In this document: positions 9,583 through 19,359 of the stretch, piece after piece
Layout: each line of letters starts with the position of its first letter
Position numbering within the stretch: the stretch's first letter is position 1
From: an uncultured Syntrophomonadaceae bacterium
GTDB lineage: Bacteria > Bacillota > Dethiobacteria > DTU022
Direction: 5' to 3'
Assembly (NCBI GenBank): GCA_964585925.1
Contig: CAZPFS010000002.1
Span: 30,590-94,589 of the forward strand
Length of the DNA: 64,000 nt
Notes under the pieces: model-generated
Database searches by the model: none
What the model was told of the DNA's origin: nothing
What the model saw: the letters and a program-made list of their open reading frames with translations, nothing else
Translations under genes and position numbers: made by a program

Positions 9583-10281
9583 ATGCTATCAGATCAGAGA
9601 ATAACCATCGCCATTGACGGGCCCGCGGGCGCCGGCAAAAGCACTGTAGCTCGGGGGGTGGCCCGACGATTGGGGTTTGATTATCTTGATACCGGAGCCA
9701 TGTACCGGGCGATTTCCTTAAAATTGGTTCGGGCCGGAGTTGATCTTGATAATACGGCGGGCATTGGGGAAATACTGGAACAGACCAAGCTGAGTTTGAC
9801 CACCGCAAAAAACTGCCTCCGCATACTGCTGGATGGCGAGGATGTCACATCGGAGATTCGGGAACCCCATGTAAACAGGATTGTTTCCGAGGTTTCCTGT
9901 ATCCCCGGGATCCGCAGAAAAATGGTTGCCCTGCAACGGGAAATTGCCCGGCGTTCCCAGGGGATAGTGGTGGAGGGGCGAGATATTTGTTCAAAGGTGC
10001 TCCCCGAGGCAACCCATAAGATCTATCTCGATGCGGCCCTTTCCGAAAGGGCCAGGCGGCGCTGGAAGGAACAAAAGGCTTGCGGAATGAAGGTATTGCT
10101 TTCTCGGGTAAAAGAGGAGATCAGTAAACGGGACCGCATAGATTCCGAACGCGAGGATTCACCGCTGTCGATTGGTCCCGGGGTATTGGTTCTGGATACC
10201 ACGGAGATGAGCCCGGGAGAGGTTGTGGACAAAATAGTAAACATGGTCAATGCAGGCGGGACGGCGTTGGAGGGGGACTAG
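9583..10281 (+). CDS. cmk: cytidylate kinase
   Basis: IAIDGPAGAGKSTVAR P-loop, YLDTGAMYRA motif, 232 aa. Confidence 0.9.
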   Translation: MLSDQRITIAIDGPAGAGKSTVARGVARRLGFDYLDTGAMYRAISLKLVRAGVDLDNTAGIGEILEQTKLSLTTAKNCLRILLDGEDVTSEIREPHVNRIVSEVSCIPGIRRKMVALQREIARRSQGIVVEGRDICSKVLPEATHKIYLDAALSERARRRWKEQKACGMKVLLSRVKEEISKRDRIDSEREDSPLSIGPGVLVLDTTEMSPGEVVDKIVNMVNAGGTALEGD

Positions 10282-10283
10282 GG

Positions 10284-10925
10284 GTGCTTTATCACCTTGG
10301 GCATTTTTTATTCAGTGGCTATTTCAGATTGTTCTACCGGTGGCGGATTTTCGGCCGAGAAAATATTCCTCCGTCTGGACCCTTCATTATATGTTCCAAT
10401 CACCTAAATAATATGGATCCCCCGCTTATCGGATGTTCCATTCCTTCCAGATTGCAGGTGCATTTCATGGCCAAGCAGGAGCTTTTCGGAAATAAATTAT
10501 TTGGAGCAGTTTTAAGGCGAATAGGGGCCTATCCGGTTGACCGGGACGGTGCAGGGTATGCGGCTGTCCGCACCTCCTTCAGGCTGCTCTCCCGGAGTAA
10601 GGTGATCTGTTTATTCCCGGAGGGGACCAGGAGCAAAAACGGAGTTGTTCAGCGCGCCCACCCCGGCGCGGCCATGATTGCCGCGCACTGTCTGGCACCT
10701 GTTCTGCCGGTAGCGATAACCGGACCTTACCGATTTGGAAAACCCCTGCAGGTATCTTTTGGTCCCGTGTTTCATTTACCCTCTCCGGAAGGAGGGGATC
10801 GCAAGCATTATTTAAAAGCATCCAGTGAGTTGATTATGAGCCGGATTAAGGAGTTGATAATTCAGGATCAGGAAATGGAAAACCGGGGCAAACATGATGG
10901 ATGCCCCAGAAGATGTGGGGAGTGA
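10284..10925 (+). CDS. plsC: 1-acyl-sn-glycerol-3-phosphate acyltransferase
   Basis: NHLNNMDPP (HxxxxD) and FPEGTRS acyltransferase motifs. GTG start. Confidence 0.8.
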   Translation: MLYHLGHFLFSGYFRLFYRWRIFGRENIPPSGPFIICSNHLNNMDPPLIGCSIPSRLQVHFMAKQELFGNKLFGAVLRRIGAYPVDRDGAGYAAVRTSFRLLSRSKVICLFPEGTRSKNGVVQRAHPGAAMIAAHCLAPVLPVAITGPYRFGKPLQVSFGPVFHLPSPEGGDRKHYLKASSELIMSRIKELIIQDQEMENRGKHDGCPRRCGE

Positions 10926-13021
10926 ATCGTTTGGAAATCAGAGTTGGCGAACACGCCGGGTTTTGCCCGGGGGTCCGCAAGGCCATTGAAGTGGCCTTGG
11001 CAGAGGCCGCGGGGGGAAATAAGGTTTATACTCTTGGCCCCCTGACCCATAATGAAATGGTGGTCAGCTACCTGGAAAGGAAAGGCATCGGAATCGCCGA
11101 GTGTCCGGAACAGGCAGAAGGGGCCACCTTGATTATTCGCACTCACGGGGTAACTCCCGAGGTGATGGCAAAGATCCGCGATCTGCCAATCAATCTACTC
11201 GATGCAACCTGCCCCCGAGTCAAACGTGTTCAGGGGATCGCCGCCCGGTTGGCCGGAGAGGGGGTCAATTTAGTGATCTTTGGACAAGGAGATCATCCCG
11301 AGGTGGTAGGGATAATAGGTTGGGCCGGTGGGAAAGTAGTAGTGGTTTCCAGCGTGGAGGATCTAAAAAAAGCGGCAATTGAACGTCCGGCGTCTCTGAT
11401 ATCACAGACCACCGGGAACAGTACGGTATTTGATCAGATCAAAAAAGAATTTTTGAAAAAGGTTCCTGAAGGGAAGGTGATTGAAACACTATGCCCGGAG
11501 GTTAAACTAAGGCAGGAAGAAGCGCGGCAAATGGCCAAAGACGCGGAGGCAATGGTGGTTGTCGGCAGCGCCGCCAGTGCCAATACCCGGTCGTTAGCGG
11601 AGGAATGCCGGCGAATCAGGCCAACCTGCCGGGTGGTTGACGCCGGGGAGTTAAATGTGGAGCTTTTGCGCCGATACAGGGTAGTCGGGGTAACTGCCGG
11701 CGCATCTACTCCCCACTGGACGATTAAGGAGGTAGTTAAAAAAATGGAAAACGAGAATCATGAAATAGAGAACGAAGAACAATTTGCTTACCAGGATTCT
11801 GTGAAAACTTTCTTGGTAGGCGAACAGGTCGGGGGGCGGGTTGTGCAGGTTGATTCCGACGAGGTGCTGATCGATATCGGGTACAAGAGTGAAGCCGTGT
11901 TGCCGCAATCTGAAGTGCATGTAAATGAAGGGGAAACTTTGGCCGATCTTTTTACCCCGGGTTCCGAAATAGAGGTAACTATAATCGAGAGCAATGATGA
12001 AGAAGGAAAAATTGTTGTTTCGCACCGCCGCCTGGCCAGGGAAAAGCGCTGGCAGGAGCTGGAGGAAGCACTTGAAAACCAGTCTGTATTGGAGGGACAG
12101 GTCAAACAGGTTGTGCCGGCAGGAATGGTTTTAACTTTGGGAGCAGGGATAGAAGGGTTTATGCCCGGCTCGTTGGTTGACGTCAGGTATGTTCCCGATT
12201 TCAAACCCTTTATTAATGAGGTGATACAGTTCAAGGTAATTGAAATCAACCGGGAAAAAGACAAGGTTATTCTTTCACGTAAAAAATTGCTGGAAGAAGA
12301 GATCACCCGGAAAAAAACAGAGACCCTGGGTTCCTTGCAGGCAGGGGGGATTATAGAAGGGGTGGTCCGCCGGTTAACCGATTTCGGGGTCTTTGTAGAC
12401 GTGGGCGGTATTGACGGACTGATCCATATATCCGAGCTTTCCTGGGAGAGGGTTGGTCATCCTCAGGAAATACTCAAGGTCGGTGAAAAAATACCGGTAA
12501 AAGTGCTGGAGGTAAATGTGGAACGGGAACGGATAAGCCTCAGTTTGAAACAGGCTCTCCCCGATCCCTGGGACAATGTGAGCCGGGATTTTAAACCTGG
12601 AATAATTATTACCGGAAAAATAACTCGTCTGGTTAATTTCGGGGCCTTTGTGGAAATCAAGCCGGGGCTGGAAGGCCTGGTGCATATCTCTCAGATTGCC
12701 GATTACCACGTGAAACACCCCTCAGAGGTGTTGACTGAAGGGGAGGAAATAGAGGTCAAGATACTGGATATAAAACCGGAGGCCAAGCGGATCAGCCTCA
12801 GCGTAAAGGAAGCCCGGGGCGCGGTCCCGCCTGAAAAGAATGATCTTCCCGAGGAGAACGCCAACTCGGGAGTTACCCTGGGAGATGTGTTCGGGAATCT
12901 TTTTGAGAACAAAACCGACGAGGGGGAAGCTCACCAAGAACAGACTGAACAGACCGAGGGGGACACTCACCAGGAACAGACTGAGGGGGAGAGTTCCGAT
13001 TCCCAGGATGAACAGGGATAA
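10901..13021 (+). CDS. ispH: fused 4-hydroxy-3-methylbut-2-enyl diphosphate reductase / ribosomal protein S1 domains
   Basis: N-terminal LytB/IspH domain (GFCPGVRKAIE, later Cys ligands) of about 280 aa, followed by four S1 RNA-binding repeats and an acidic EQTE-rich tail. The exact start is uncertain, with candidates at 10901, 10913 or 10922. Confidence 0.85.
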   Translation: MPQKMWGVNRLEIRVGEHAGFCPGVRKAIEVALAEAAGGNKVYTLGPLTHNEMVVSYLERKGIGIAECPEQAEGATLIIRTHGVTPEVMAKIRDLPINLLDATCPRVKRVQGIAARLAGEGVNLVIFGQGDHPEVVGIIGWAGGKVVVVSSVEDLKKAAIERPASLISQTTGNSTVFDQIKKEFLKKVPEGKVIETLCPEVKLRQEEARQMAKDAEAMVVVGSAASANTRSLAEECRRIRPTCRVVDAGELNVELLRRYRVVGVTAGASTPHWTIKEVVKKMENENHEIENEEQFAYQDSVKTFLVGEQVGGRVVQVDSDEVLIDIGYKSEAVLPQSEVHVNEGETLADLFTPGSEIEVTIIESNDEEGKIVVSHRRLAREKRWQELEEALENQSVLEGQVKQVVPAGMVLTLGAGIEGFMPGSLVDVRYVPDFKPFINEVIQFKVIEINREKDKVILSRKKLLEEEITRKKTETLGSLQAGGIIEGVVRRLTDFGVFVDVGGIDGLIHISELSWERVGHPQEILKVGEKIPVKVLEVNVERERISLSLKQALPDPWDNVSRDFKPGIIITGKITRLVNFGAFVEIKPGLEGLVHISQIADYHVKHPSEVLTEGEEIEVKILDIKPEAKRISLSVKEARGAVPPEKNDLPEENANSGVTLGDVFGNLFENKTDEGEAHQEQTEQTEGDTHQEQTEGESSDSQDEQG

Positions 13022-14105
13022 TAATCGGTTATGCCGCAAGGATGAACATATTTCAATCATCCGGAAACAGCGGCCGAAACAAGCCGATTTTTCCGACATA
13101 CATTTTATCCACAACTGCCTTCCGGAAATAGATTTGAACGAGGTATCGATCGGCACTTCGTTTCTGGGAAAAATGCACCGGTCACCTCTGTATATCAATG
13201 CGGTTACCGGGGGTACTGCCTGCGCCGAGGAGATCAATGCCGGTCTGGCCTGGGCCGCAAGGCAGTGGGGCCTTCCGATGGCGGTGGGATCACAACTGGC
13301 CGCTCTTGATTACCCGCCTTCGGCTTCCTCCTTTCGGGTGGTGCGGCGGGTTAACCCAAACGGAGAAATTTGGGCCAATCTGGGTTGGTATGCCAGCCTG
13401 GAACAGGCCTGTCGGGCGATAGAGATGATTCAGGCCGATGCCCTCCAGATCCATTTGAATATCCCGCAGGAGCTGGCTATGCGGGAAGGGGATACCTGTT
13501 TCCGGGGCATATTGCAGAGAATAGCCGAAATAGTGCCTCGGGTGGGAGTGCCGGTAATTGTAAAAGAAGTGGGATTTGGGATATCCTTCGAACAGGCCCG
13601 GAGGCTTAATGAAGCAGGAATAGCGGCGATTGACGTCGGGGGGCGGGGCGGGACCAATTTTTTAAAAATCGAGCACTGCCGGCAAAGCAGAAGGGTATTT
13701 CCTGAACTGATGGCCTGGGGTATCCCCTCGGCCATCAGCTTGATCGAAACCCTCGGTGCTTCCGCCGGCAATGTGGACATATTTGCTGCCGGAGGCATGG
13801 CTTCAGCGCTGAATATGGCCAAAGCACTGGCCCTGGGGGCCCGGGGGGTGGGACTGGCCGCTTGGCCGGTTTATATACTGCTGAAACGGGGGCGGGAAGC
13901 ACTGCAAAAAAAGATCGGAAAGTTGGAGCAGGATCTCCGCAAGATCATGCTGATGGTCGGGGCGGCCGGTATATCCGAACTGCAACAGGTCCCCTTGGTG
14001 ATCACCGGTTTTACCGCCGAATGGCTGAGGGAGCGGGGAATTAACCCCGGCTTCCGCGCCCCTATTCAGGAGGCAGGATCTCTGAGACAGGAAACAAAAA
14101 AATAA
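13008..14105 (+). CDS. fni: isopentenyl-diphosphate delta-isomerase, type 2 (FMN-dependent)
   Basis: MNRDNNRLCRKDEHI...SPLYINAVTGGT...VGSQ...IVKEVGFGIS...DVGGRGGTNF aligns with B. subtilis Fni. The start ATG at 13008 overlaps the ispH stop by 14 nt. The ORF-track start at 12840 is an over-extension. Confidence 0.8.
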   Translation: MNRDNNRLCRKDEHISIIRKQRPKQADFSDIHFIHNCLPEIDLNEVSIGTSFLGKMHRSPLYINAVTGGTACAEEINAGLAWAARQWGLPMAVGSQLAALDYPPSASSFRVVRRVNPNGEIWANLGWYASLEQACRAIEMIQADALQIHLNIPQELAMREGDTCFRGILQRIAEIVPRVGVPVIVKEVGFGISFEQARRLNEAGIAAIDVGGRGGTNFLKIEHCRQSRRVFPELMAWGIPSAISLIETLGASAGNVDIFAAGGMASALNMAKALALGARGVGLAAWPVYILLKRGREALQKKIGKLEQDLRKIMLMVGAAGISELQQVPLVITGFTAEWLRERGINPGFRAPIQEAGSLRQETKK

Positions 14106-14293
14106 GCTTGTTCTACCCGATGACTTTACCCCGGGCAAGGCATATCCCGCCCACGCGCCCGGCCGAACAGAATTTCCACAATTTTCCTCCATCGGTGATT
14201 TTTCAGTATGCTCTTACAGCAATAAAACCTGAATAATACGGTTAAAGTGGGAAAAGATATCAAACAGCAATAAACCCACGAGGAGGGATTTCT

Positions 14294-14977
14294 ATGCCCG
14301 TCGGCATGATTATATTACTGGTTATCTCAATACTGGTATTTCTCGGATTGGCCCAACGGGTACTGGATCGCCTGCAATTGACGGATCGGGCCGCTCTTTT
14401 ATTCATCGGGGCGATGATCATAGGGGGCTTTTTACCGGCATTGCCCCTGACCACAAATACCTCCATCAACATCGGGGGAGGGATTATCCCGATAATACTG
14501 GTGATTTACCTGTTTCTGAAAGCAGGAACAAGAGCCGAGAAAAGCCGGGCGGTACTGGCCATATTGATTACCACGGTAGTGGTATATGGAGTTTTAAAAA
14601 TATTCCCGGTAGAGCCCACCTACGCTTTTCTGCTGGATCCCCTGTACATTGTTGCTCTGGTGGCGGGAACAGTGGGATACCTGTCCGGGCGTTCGCGGCG
14701 TTCGGCTTTCATGGCCGGAACAGGGGCCATTGTTTTAAATGATATTGTTACCCGGGTGGAGCTGATGTTTACCGGCGGCAGCAGAAAGCTGGTCATCGGC
14801 GGGGCCGGAATATTTGACGCGGTGCTGATTGCAGGATTGATCGCCCTGGGCCTGGCGGAGCTTATCGGCGAAATCAGAGAACGCCTGGCGGGAGGACCCG
14901 ACATGGATCGCCCCGAGGTGCTCCTGCAGGGCCTTGGTTCCTCGGAAGAAGGTGATGACCATGAAGATAAAAATTAA
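14294..14977 (+). CDS. integral membrane protein, DUF1614-like
   Basis: Five to six hydrophobic helices. Its 3' end overlaps the spoIIP start. Confidence 0.45.
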   Translation: MPVGMIILLVISILVFLGLAQRVLDRLQLTDRAALLFIGAMIIGGFLPALPLTTNTSINIGGGIIPIILVIYLFLKAGTRAEKSRAVLAILITTVVVYGVLKIFPVEPTYAFLLDPLYIVALVAGTVGYLSGRSRRSAFMAGTGAIVLNDIVTRVELMFTGGSRKLVIGGAGIFDAVLIAGLIALGLAELIGEIRERLAGGPDMDRPEVLLQGLGSSEEGDDHEDKN

Positions 14978-16130
14978 GGCGCGCCGCAAATCGCAATTCA
15001 TCATCCTGGCAATTTTAGTGCTGCTTGGGTGGGGAGGGCTGATGCCGGCGTTGCCGGCTACCCCTGCACAGGCCGTTTCCGAGGACTATTTTGATTTGCA
15101 CGCTCTCAGTGAGCGGGAGGAAGGTTTTTTTGTGTTGAAAGATGAAGCCACCGGCGAAGTTATTATGAGTACGGCCAGGGTGCTTCAGGTGGGGGATCAG
15201 TTTATTGACGGCCGAAACCGGTCCTATCTGATCAGCAGAATTGATCAAGATACGGCCTGGGCCGGACGTACCGCCGAAGAAAGCGCGACCACCCCGGAAA
15301 GCCGGCCCGCCGGAAACAGGGCCGCCGTTCCGGACAGGGCGGAGAAAGAGCTGGTGGGAATCTATCATTCCCATGGTGCGGAATCTTATGTTCCCAGCGA
15401 CGGATCGGAGAGCAAAGATGCCGGGGGAGGAATAATCGAGGTTGGGAGCTCTTTTAGCCGGGCGCTGCAGCAAAAAGGGATTACGGTGGAACACGTCAAG
15501 GATACTCATGTCCCTCATGACGCGGGCGCCTATAACCGTTCCCGCCGGACAGCAACCAAATTGGTGGCCGACAACCTTGATGCGGTATTTGATGTTCATC
15601 GGGACGCAGTTCCGCCGGAGGAATATGACCGGGACATTGACGGGCGCGACCTCGTACAGATCATGATGGTGATCGGCCGCCAGAATCAGAATGTAAACAG
15701 CAACAAATCTTTTGCCGAAGGGCTTAAAAAGGTGGCTGATGCCCAACATCCGGGCCTGATCAAGGGCATATTGCTGGCCCAGGGAAATTTCAACCAGGAT
15801 CTGTCTCCGCGGGCGATCCTGATCGAGGTGGGAGCGCATACCAACACCAAAGAACAGGCCGAGCAATCAGTGGCCCTGTTTGCGGATGTGGTAAATACCT
15901 ACCTCTATGCACAGCAGGGACAAACCGGGGGAGGCGGCATTGCCGCCCAGGGAGCCTTGAAGTTACTGATTGCCCTGGCATTAGCCGTCTTCATCTACCT
16001 GTTGATCTCTGCCGGGAGTTGGGAGGAAATACGCAAAAAAACGATTTCCTTTTTCAACAGAGAATTTGGCGACCTGGGAAAAGGGTTGAGACAAAAAATA
16101 AAACAGAAAGACGATGAACCGGATTCCTGA
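14955..16130 (+). CDS. spoIIP: stage II sporulation protein P
   Basis: Signal anchor, then IYHSHGAESY (the YHTH-type motif of SpoIIP amidase-like domains), then a C-terminal TM. Confidence 0.8.
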   Translation: MTMKIKIKARRKSQFIILAILVLLGWGGLMPALPATPAQAVSEDYFDLHALSEREEGFFVLKDEATGEVIMSTARVLQVGDQFIDGRNRSYLISRIDQDTAWAGRTAEESATTPESRPAGNRAAVPDRAEKELVGIYHSHGAESYVPSDGSESKDAGGGIIEVGSSFSRALQQKGITVEHVKDTHVPHDAGAYNRSRRTATKLVADNLDAVFDVHRDAVPPEEYDRDIDGRDLVQIMMVIGRQNQNVNSNKSFAEGLKKVADAQHPGLIKGILLAQGNFNQDLSPRAILIEVGAHTNTKEQAEQSVALFADVVNTYLYAQQGQTGGGGIAAQGALKLLIALALAVFIYLLISAGSWEEIRKKTISFFNREFGDLGKGLRQKIKQKDDEPDS

Positions 16131-16151
16131 TTACCGGCAGGAAGGCATACC

Positions 16152-17042
16152 ATGGAAAAATATATTATGGCTACCTTCCTGGGGGTCCTCTTCGGAGCGG
16201 CGGCACGATTATTGCTCCTGCGATCCGATTATCGCCAGTACCCCGGTTACCCGCACGGATATATCACTCATTTTTCACTGGGCCTGATCGCGGCCCTTCT
16301 GGGAGCGCTGGCCGTACCCGCGCTGGCGGAAAAAGAATTCACGGCCGTAACTTTTCTTTCCTTGGCTGCCACCCAGTTCAGGGATATCCGGGAAATAGAA
16401 CGAAAAACCCTGATCGCACTGGATCTGAGCAATCTGGTTGCCCGCGGCCCCGATTATATCGAGGGCATATCCCGGGTTTTTGAATCCCGAAATTATCTGG
16501 TCATGTTCATTTCCCTGCTGGTAAGCGGGGCGGCTTACTACTTTCATAGTATTTTCGCCATTTTTTTAGGGGGCATAACCCTGGGGGTGGCCCAACGGTT
16601 AATGAACGGCCGGGTGGTGGGCCAAATAGCCGGTGTCCGGCCCGCTGAAATCAGGTTTGAAGGGCCCAACCTGTTCGTAGAAGGGATCCAGATAGTGAAC
16701 CTGGCCCGGGAGGAGGTCCGGCGGCAGGTAAAGGAGCGCGGTTTGGGGGTAATTCTGGAACCGATCGACGATGATGCTCGGGCCATTTTGGGCAATAACG
16801 GGCAGCGTATGGCCATTGCCCATGATGCCTCGATTCAATTGGGAATTTACAAGGACATGGATACGGCTGAATTTACCCCGATGCTCAGAAGGGATCTGGA
16901 TACGGGCCGGGTGGCCATGATTGTCTTTCCTCTTGAAAAAGATATGGAGTGCCTTTTGCTGGCGGTGAAAAGAGTGCCGGTTTTGGAAAGTTCCACTTCG
17001 CGTCCCCTGAAATCGGAGGCGGGGTACAAAGCAGCCGACTAG
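16152..17042 (+). CDS. YIEGIA-family membrane protein
   Basis: Contains the literal motif DYIEGIS. Polytopic N-terminal half. Located after spoIIP, as in other sporeformers. Confidence 0.8.
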   Translation: MEKYIMATFLGVLFGAAARLLLLRSDYRQYPGYPHGYITHFSLGLIAALLGALAVPALAEKEFTAVTFLSLAATQFRDIREIERKTLIALDLSNLVARGPDYIEGISRVFESRNYLVMFISLLVSGAAYYFHSIFAIFLGGITLGVAQRLMNGRVVGQIAGVRPAEIRFEGPNLFVEGIQIVNLAREEVRRQVKERGLGVILEPIDDDARAILGNNGQRMAIAHDASIQLGIYKDMDTAEFTPMLRRDLDTGRVAMIVFPLEKDMECLLLAVKRVPVLESSTSRPLKSEAGYKAAD

Positions 17043-17064
17043 CCGGGGCGAAGAAAGGCGGTTC

Positions 17065-17262
17065 GTGTTGGGGATGATCATCAACGAATCCATTCTGGCG
17101 GTGGTGACATTGAATCTTGAACTGGTAAGCGGCGGGGGGGCGCCGGTATTTTTGGCCCGGGATCAGGCGGAACTGGACCGGATCTCCGCCTACCTGTCCC
17201 GGATTACCGGAGGGGTGGCCCATGATCTGGAAAACGGAACCTATATTCTGGTTAGGCATTGA
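17065..17262 (+). CDS. small protein, candidate capping-complex subunit for YIEGIA
   Basis: 65-aa ORF lying 23 nt after the YIEGIA gene. This position matches the family so named in recent annotation pipelines. Assignment is by context only. Confidence 0.45.
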   Translation: MLGMIINESILAVVTLNLELVSGGGAPVFLARDQAELDRISAYLSRITGGVAHDLENGTYILVRH

Positions 17263-17268
17263 TCGCCC

Positions 17269-17823
17269 GTGCTTTGCTCTAAAGCTCCTGTGGAGATGGC
17301 TCTCAAGACCCTGGCCTCATTAAGCGGAGCCATAAACAAACCCGGTGATAAATTGTTGATATTCCAGTGTTATGGCGGGACCCATTCCTCGGTAACCGCC
17401 GCCTCTATTCATCTTAATTATCTTCCCCGCCATAGAATTCCCGCCAACCAGGAGCTTACCGGCCTGCCTTATTTCGATCGGATTGAAAATAATGATGTAG
17501 GCCCCCTCCGGTTCATGGGCCGTGATCGACGTGGTTTCAAAGTATATATTTTAGGCAGCAGGCGCTGGGGCAAAGAAATACAGGGCTTGCTGAAACTGGT
17601 GGCGCCGCTTATGGGGATACCGCCCGGCGGGGTGTTGCTGGTAAAATGTTTTGGGGGCCTGAATTGGGTATCCCGCACCGGCGGATTTCTCTCTCGCCAG
17701 TTGAGGCTGCCGGCGATTGGGCGCCCCCTGGCCTGTTATGGCATCCGGTTGAGTTACCGCCGTCTTGTTCACCGGGTCGAGCTGCTGGAAAACCGGCCGG
17801 AACTTTTTTCTTTGATCGGCTGA
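17269..17823 (+). CDS. DUF3189-like hypothetical protein
   Basis: 184 aa, conserved-looking, no catalytic motif. Sits between the YIEGIA module and the DUF512 gene. Confidence 0.45.
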   Translation: MLCSKAPVEMALKTLASLSGAINKPGDKLLIFQCYGGTHSSVTAASIHLNYLPRHRIPANQELTGLPYFDRIENNDVGPLRFMGRDRRGFKVYILGSRRWGKEIQGLLKLVAPLMGIPPGGVLLVKCFGGLNWVSRTGGFLSRQLRLPAIGRPLACYGIRLSYRRLVHRVELLENRPELFSLIG

Positions 17824-17958
17824 CTATTTCTGAAGCCCGGTTTTTGTTGGGGAGGGGGTTCCAGGTTCACTTCAGCAAAAACCACGGTACTGGACCGGAA
17901 ACACGTCCCCGAACTGTAAGTTGCGCTGGGCCTCCGGATCTGGGATAATTGAGAAAAT

Positions 17959-19359
17959 ATGTTTTACCTTTTTCCGGGAAAGGGGGCCACCATGAACGGG
18001 GCCAGGGTGTACAAAGTTACCCCGGGTTCTCCGGCGGAACAGGCCGGAATAGCGGCCGGGGATAAATTCTGGTGGCCGGGCGGCAAACCGGAGGGGGATA
18101 TAATCGATTACCGGATCTGGGAAGCCGATCAGGAGCTGACCTTTTTGGTTAAAACCGGGAGCGGCCCCCTGAGACGAATGACGGTCCGCAAAGATTGTCA
18201 GGTACCGCTGGGTTTACAGTTTGATCCCCCGACCATTGCGCCCCTGATCCGGTGTGGAAATCGCTGCCTGTTCTGTTTTGTGGACCAGAACCCCCCCGGC
18301 TTGCGCAGTTCGCTTTATCTGAAGGATGACGATTACCGCCTTTCCTTTCTTTATGGAAACTACATAACCCTCAACAATCTTGAGCGAAGGGACCTCAGGC
18401 GCATCATAAAACTACAGCTCTCTCCCCTGTATATTTCGGTTCATTCCGCCGATCCGGTTATCAGGAGCCGGCTCTGCCGGAACAGGAACGCTCAAAGAGG
18501 TCTTTACAACCTGAAATGTTTGCTTGCTGCCGGAATAAAAGTACATGCGCAGATAGTGCTTTGCCCCGGTTACAATCTGGGAAAAGAACTGGTAAAAACA
18601 ATTGTAGATCTGGAAGCAATGGGAAAGTCGGTGTTGAGTGTGGCGGTAGTCCCGGTAGGGTTGACGGAACACGGGCAACCTCCGAAAATTTTGAGGCGAT
18701 TAACCACTGAAGAGGCTTCCCGAGTGGCCGAAACAATACACAGGCTGCAGAACAGCTTTCGGGCCGGGCGGGGAAGCAGGTTTGTGTTTTTGGCGGACGA
18801 GATCTACCACCTGGCCGGGTTGCCATATCCGGAAACTGACAGCTACGAGGGATACCCGCAGCTTGAAAACGGGGTGGGAATGGCCCGCCTGTTTATGGAC
18901 GAAATTTCGGAAATGAACACTTTGCTGCCCGTATCTTTTCCCCGCCAGTTTAAAATAACCCTGATTACGGGGGTTGCCGCAGGCCACCTCCTTGAAAAAC
19001 TGATGGAAAAGTTGGCCATGATCAATCGCCTGGAAGCGGAACTGATCACGGTGGAAAATCGCTTTTTCGGCCCTTCGGTAACAGTGGCCGGCCTGCTTAC
19101 GGGAAAAGATCTGAAAGAGGGCTTGCAGGACCTTCTGCCGGGAGAGGCCTTATTTTTTCCGGCGGAGATGCTTAAGGACGGGGATAATCTGTTTCTGGAT
19201 GGTTTAACCCCCGGCCACCTGGAACGTGTTTTGCATACCTCCCTGATCCCGGTGGCGGGTCCCATGCACCTTGCCCGGAAACTCGGCGCGCTGGCTGCGG
19301 CGGCCGGCCCAAAATCGGCCATAAAGATCAAGCGGGGAGGCGAAGCAGATGCCGGGTAA
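17959..19359 (+). CDS. DUF512 protein: PDZ domain plus radical-SAM-like domain
   Basis: N-terminal PDZ-like VTPGSPAEQAGIAAGD. CGNRCLFC cysteine motif. 3' end overlaps the der start, which is the usual DUF512-der pairing. Confidence 0.7.
   Translation: MFYLFPGKGATMNGARVYKVTPGSPAEQAGIAAGDKFWWPGGKPEGDIIDYRIWEADQELTFLVKTGSGPLRRMTVRKDCQVPLGLQFDPPTIAPLIRCGNRCLFCFVDQNPPGLRSSLYLKDDDYRLSFLYGNYITLNNLERRDLRRIIKLQLSPLYISVHSADPVIRSRLCRNRNAQRGLYNLKCLLAAGIKVHAQIVLCPGYNLGKELVKTIVDLEAMGKSVLSVAVVPVGLTEHGQPPKILRRLTTEEASRVAETIHRLQNSFRAGRGSRFVFLADEIYHLAGLPYPETDSYEGYPQLENGVGMARLFMDEISEMNTLLPVSFPRQFKITLITGVAAGHLLEKLMEKLAMINRLEAELITVENRFFGPSVTVAGLLTGKDLKEGLQDLLPGEALFFPAEMLKDGDNLFLDGLTPGHLERVLHTSLIPVAGPMHLARKLGALAAAAGPKSAIKIKRGGEADAG

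Noticed and set aside
12840-13007. N-terminal 56-codon extension of the isomerase ORF in the track
   Set aside because: It overlaps the ispH 3' end in another frame. Alignment to the type-2 IDI N-terminus supports a start at 13008.
11651-13237. Several 120-170-aa minus-strand ORFs inside the ispH-rpsA gene
   Set aside because: They are antisense to a strongly supported S1-domain coding region and are low-complexity, Ser- and Ile-rich.
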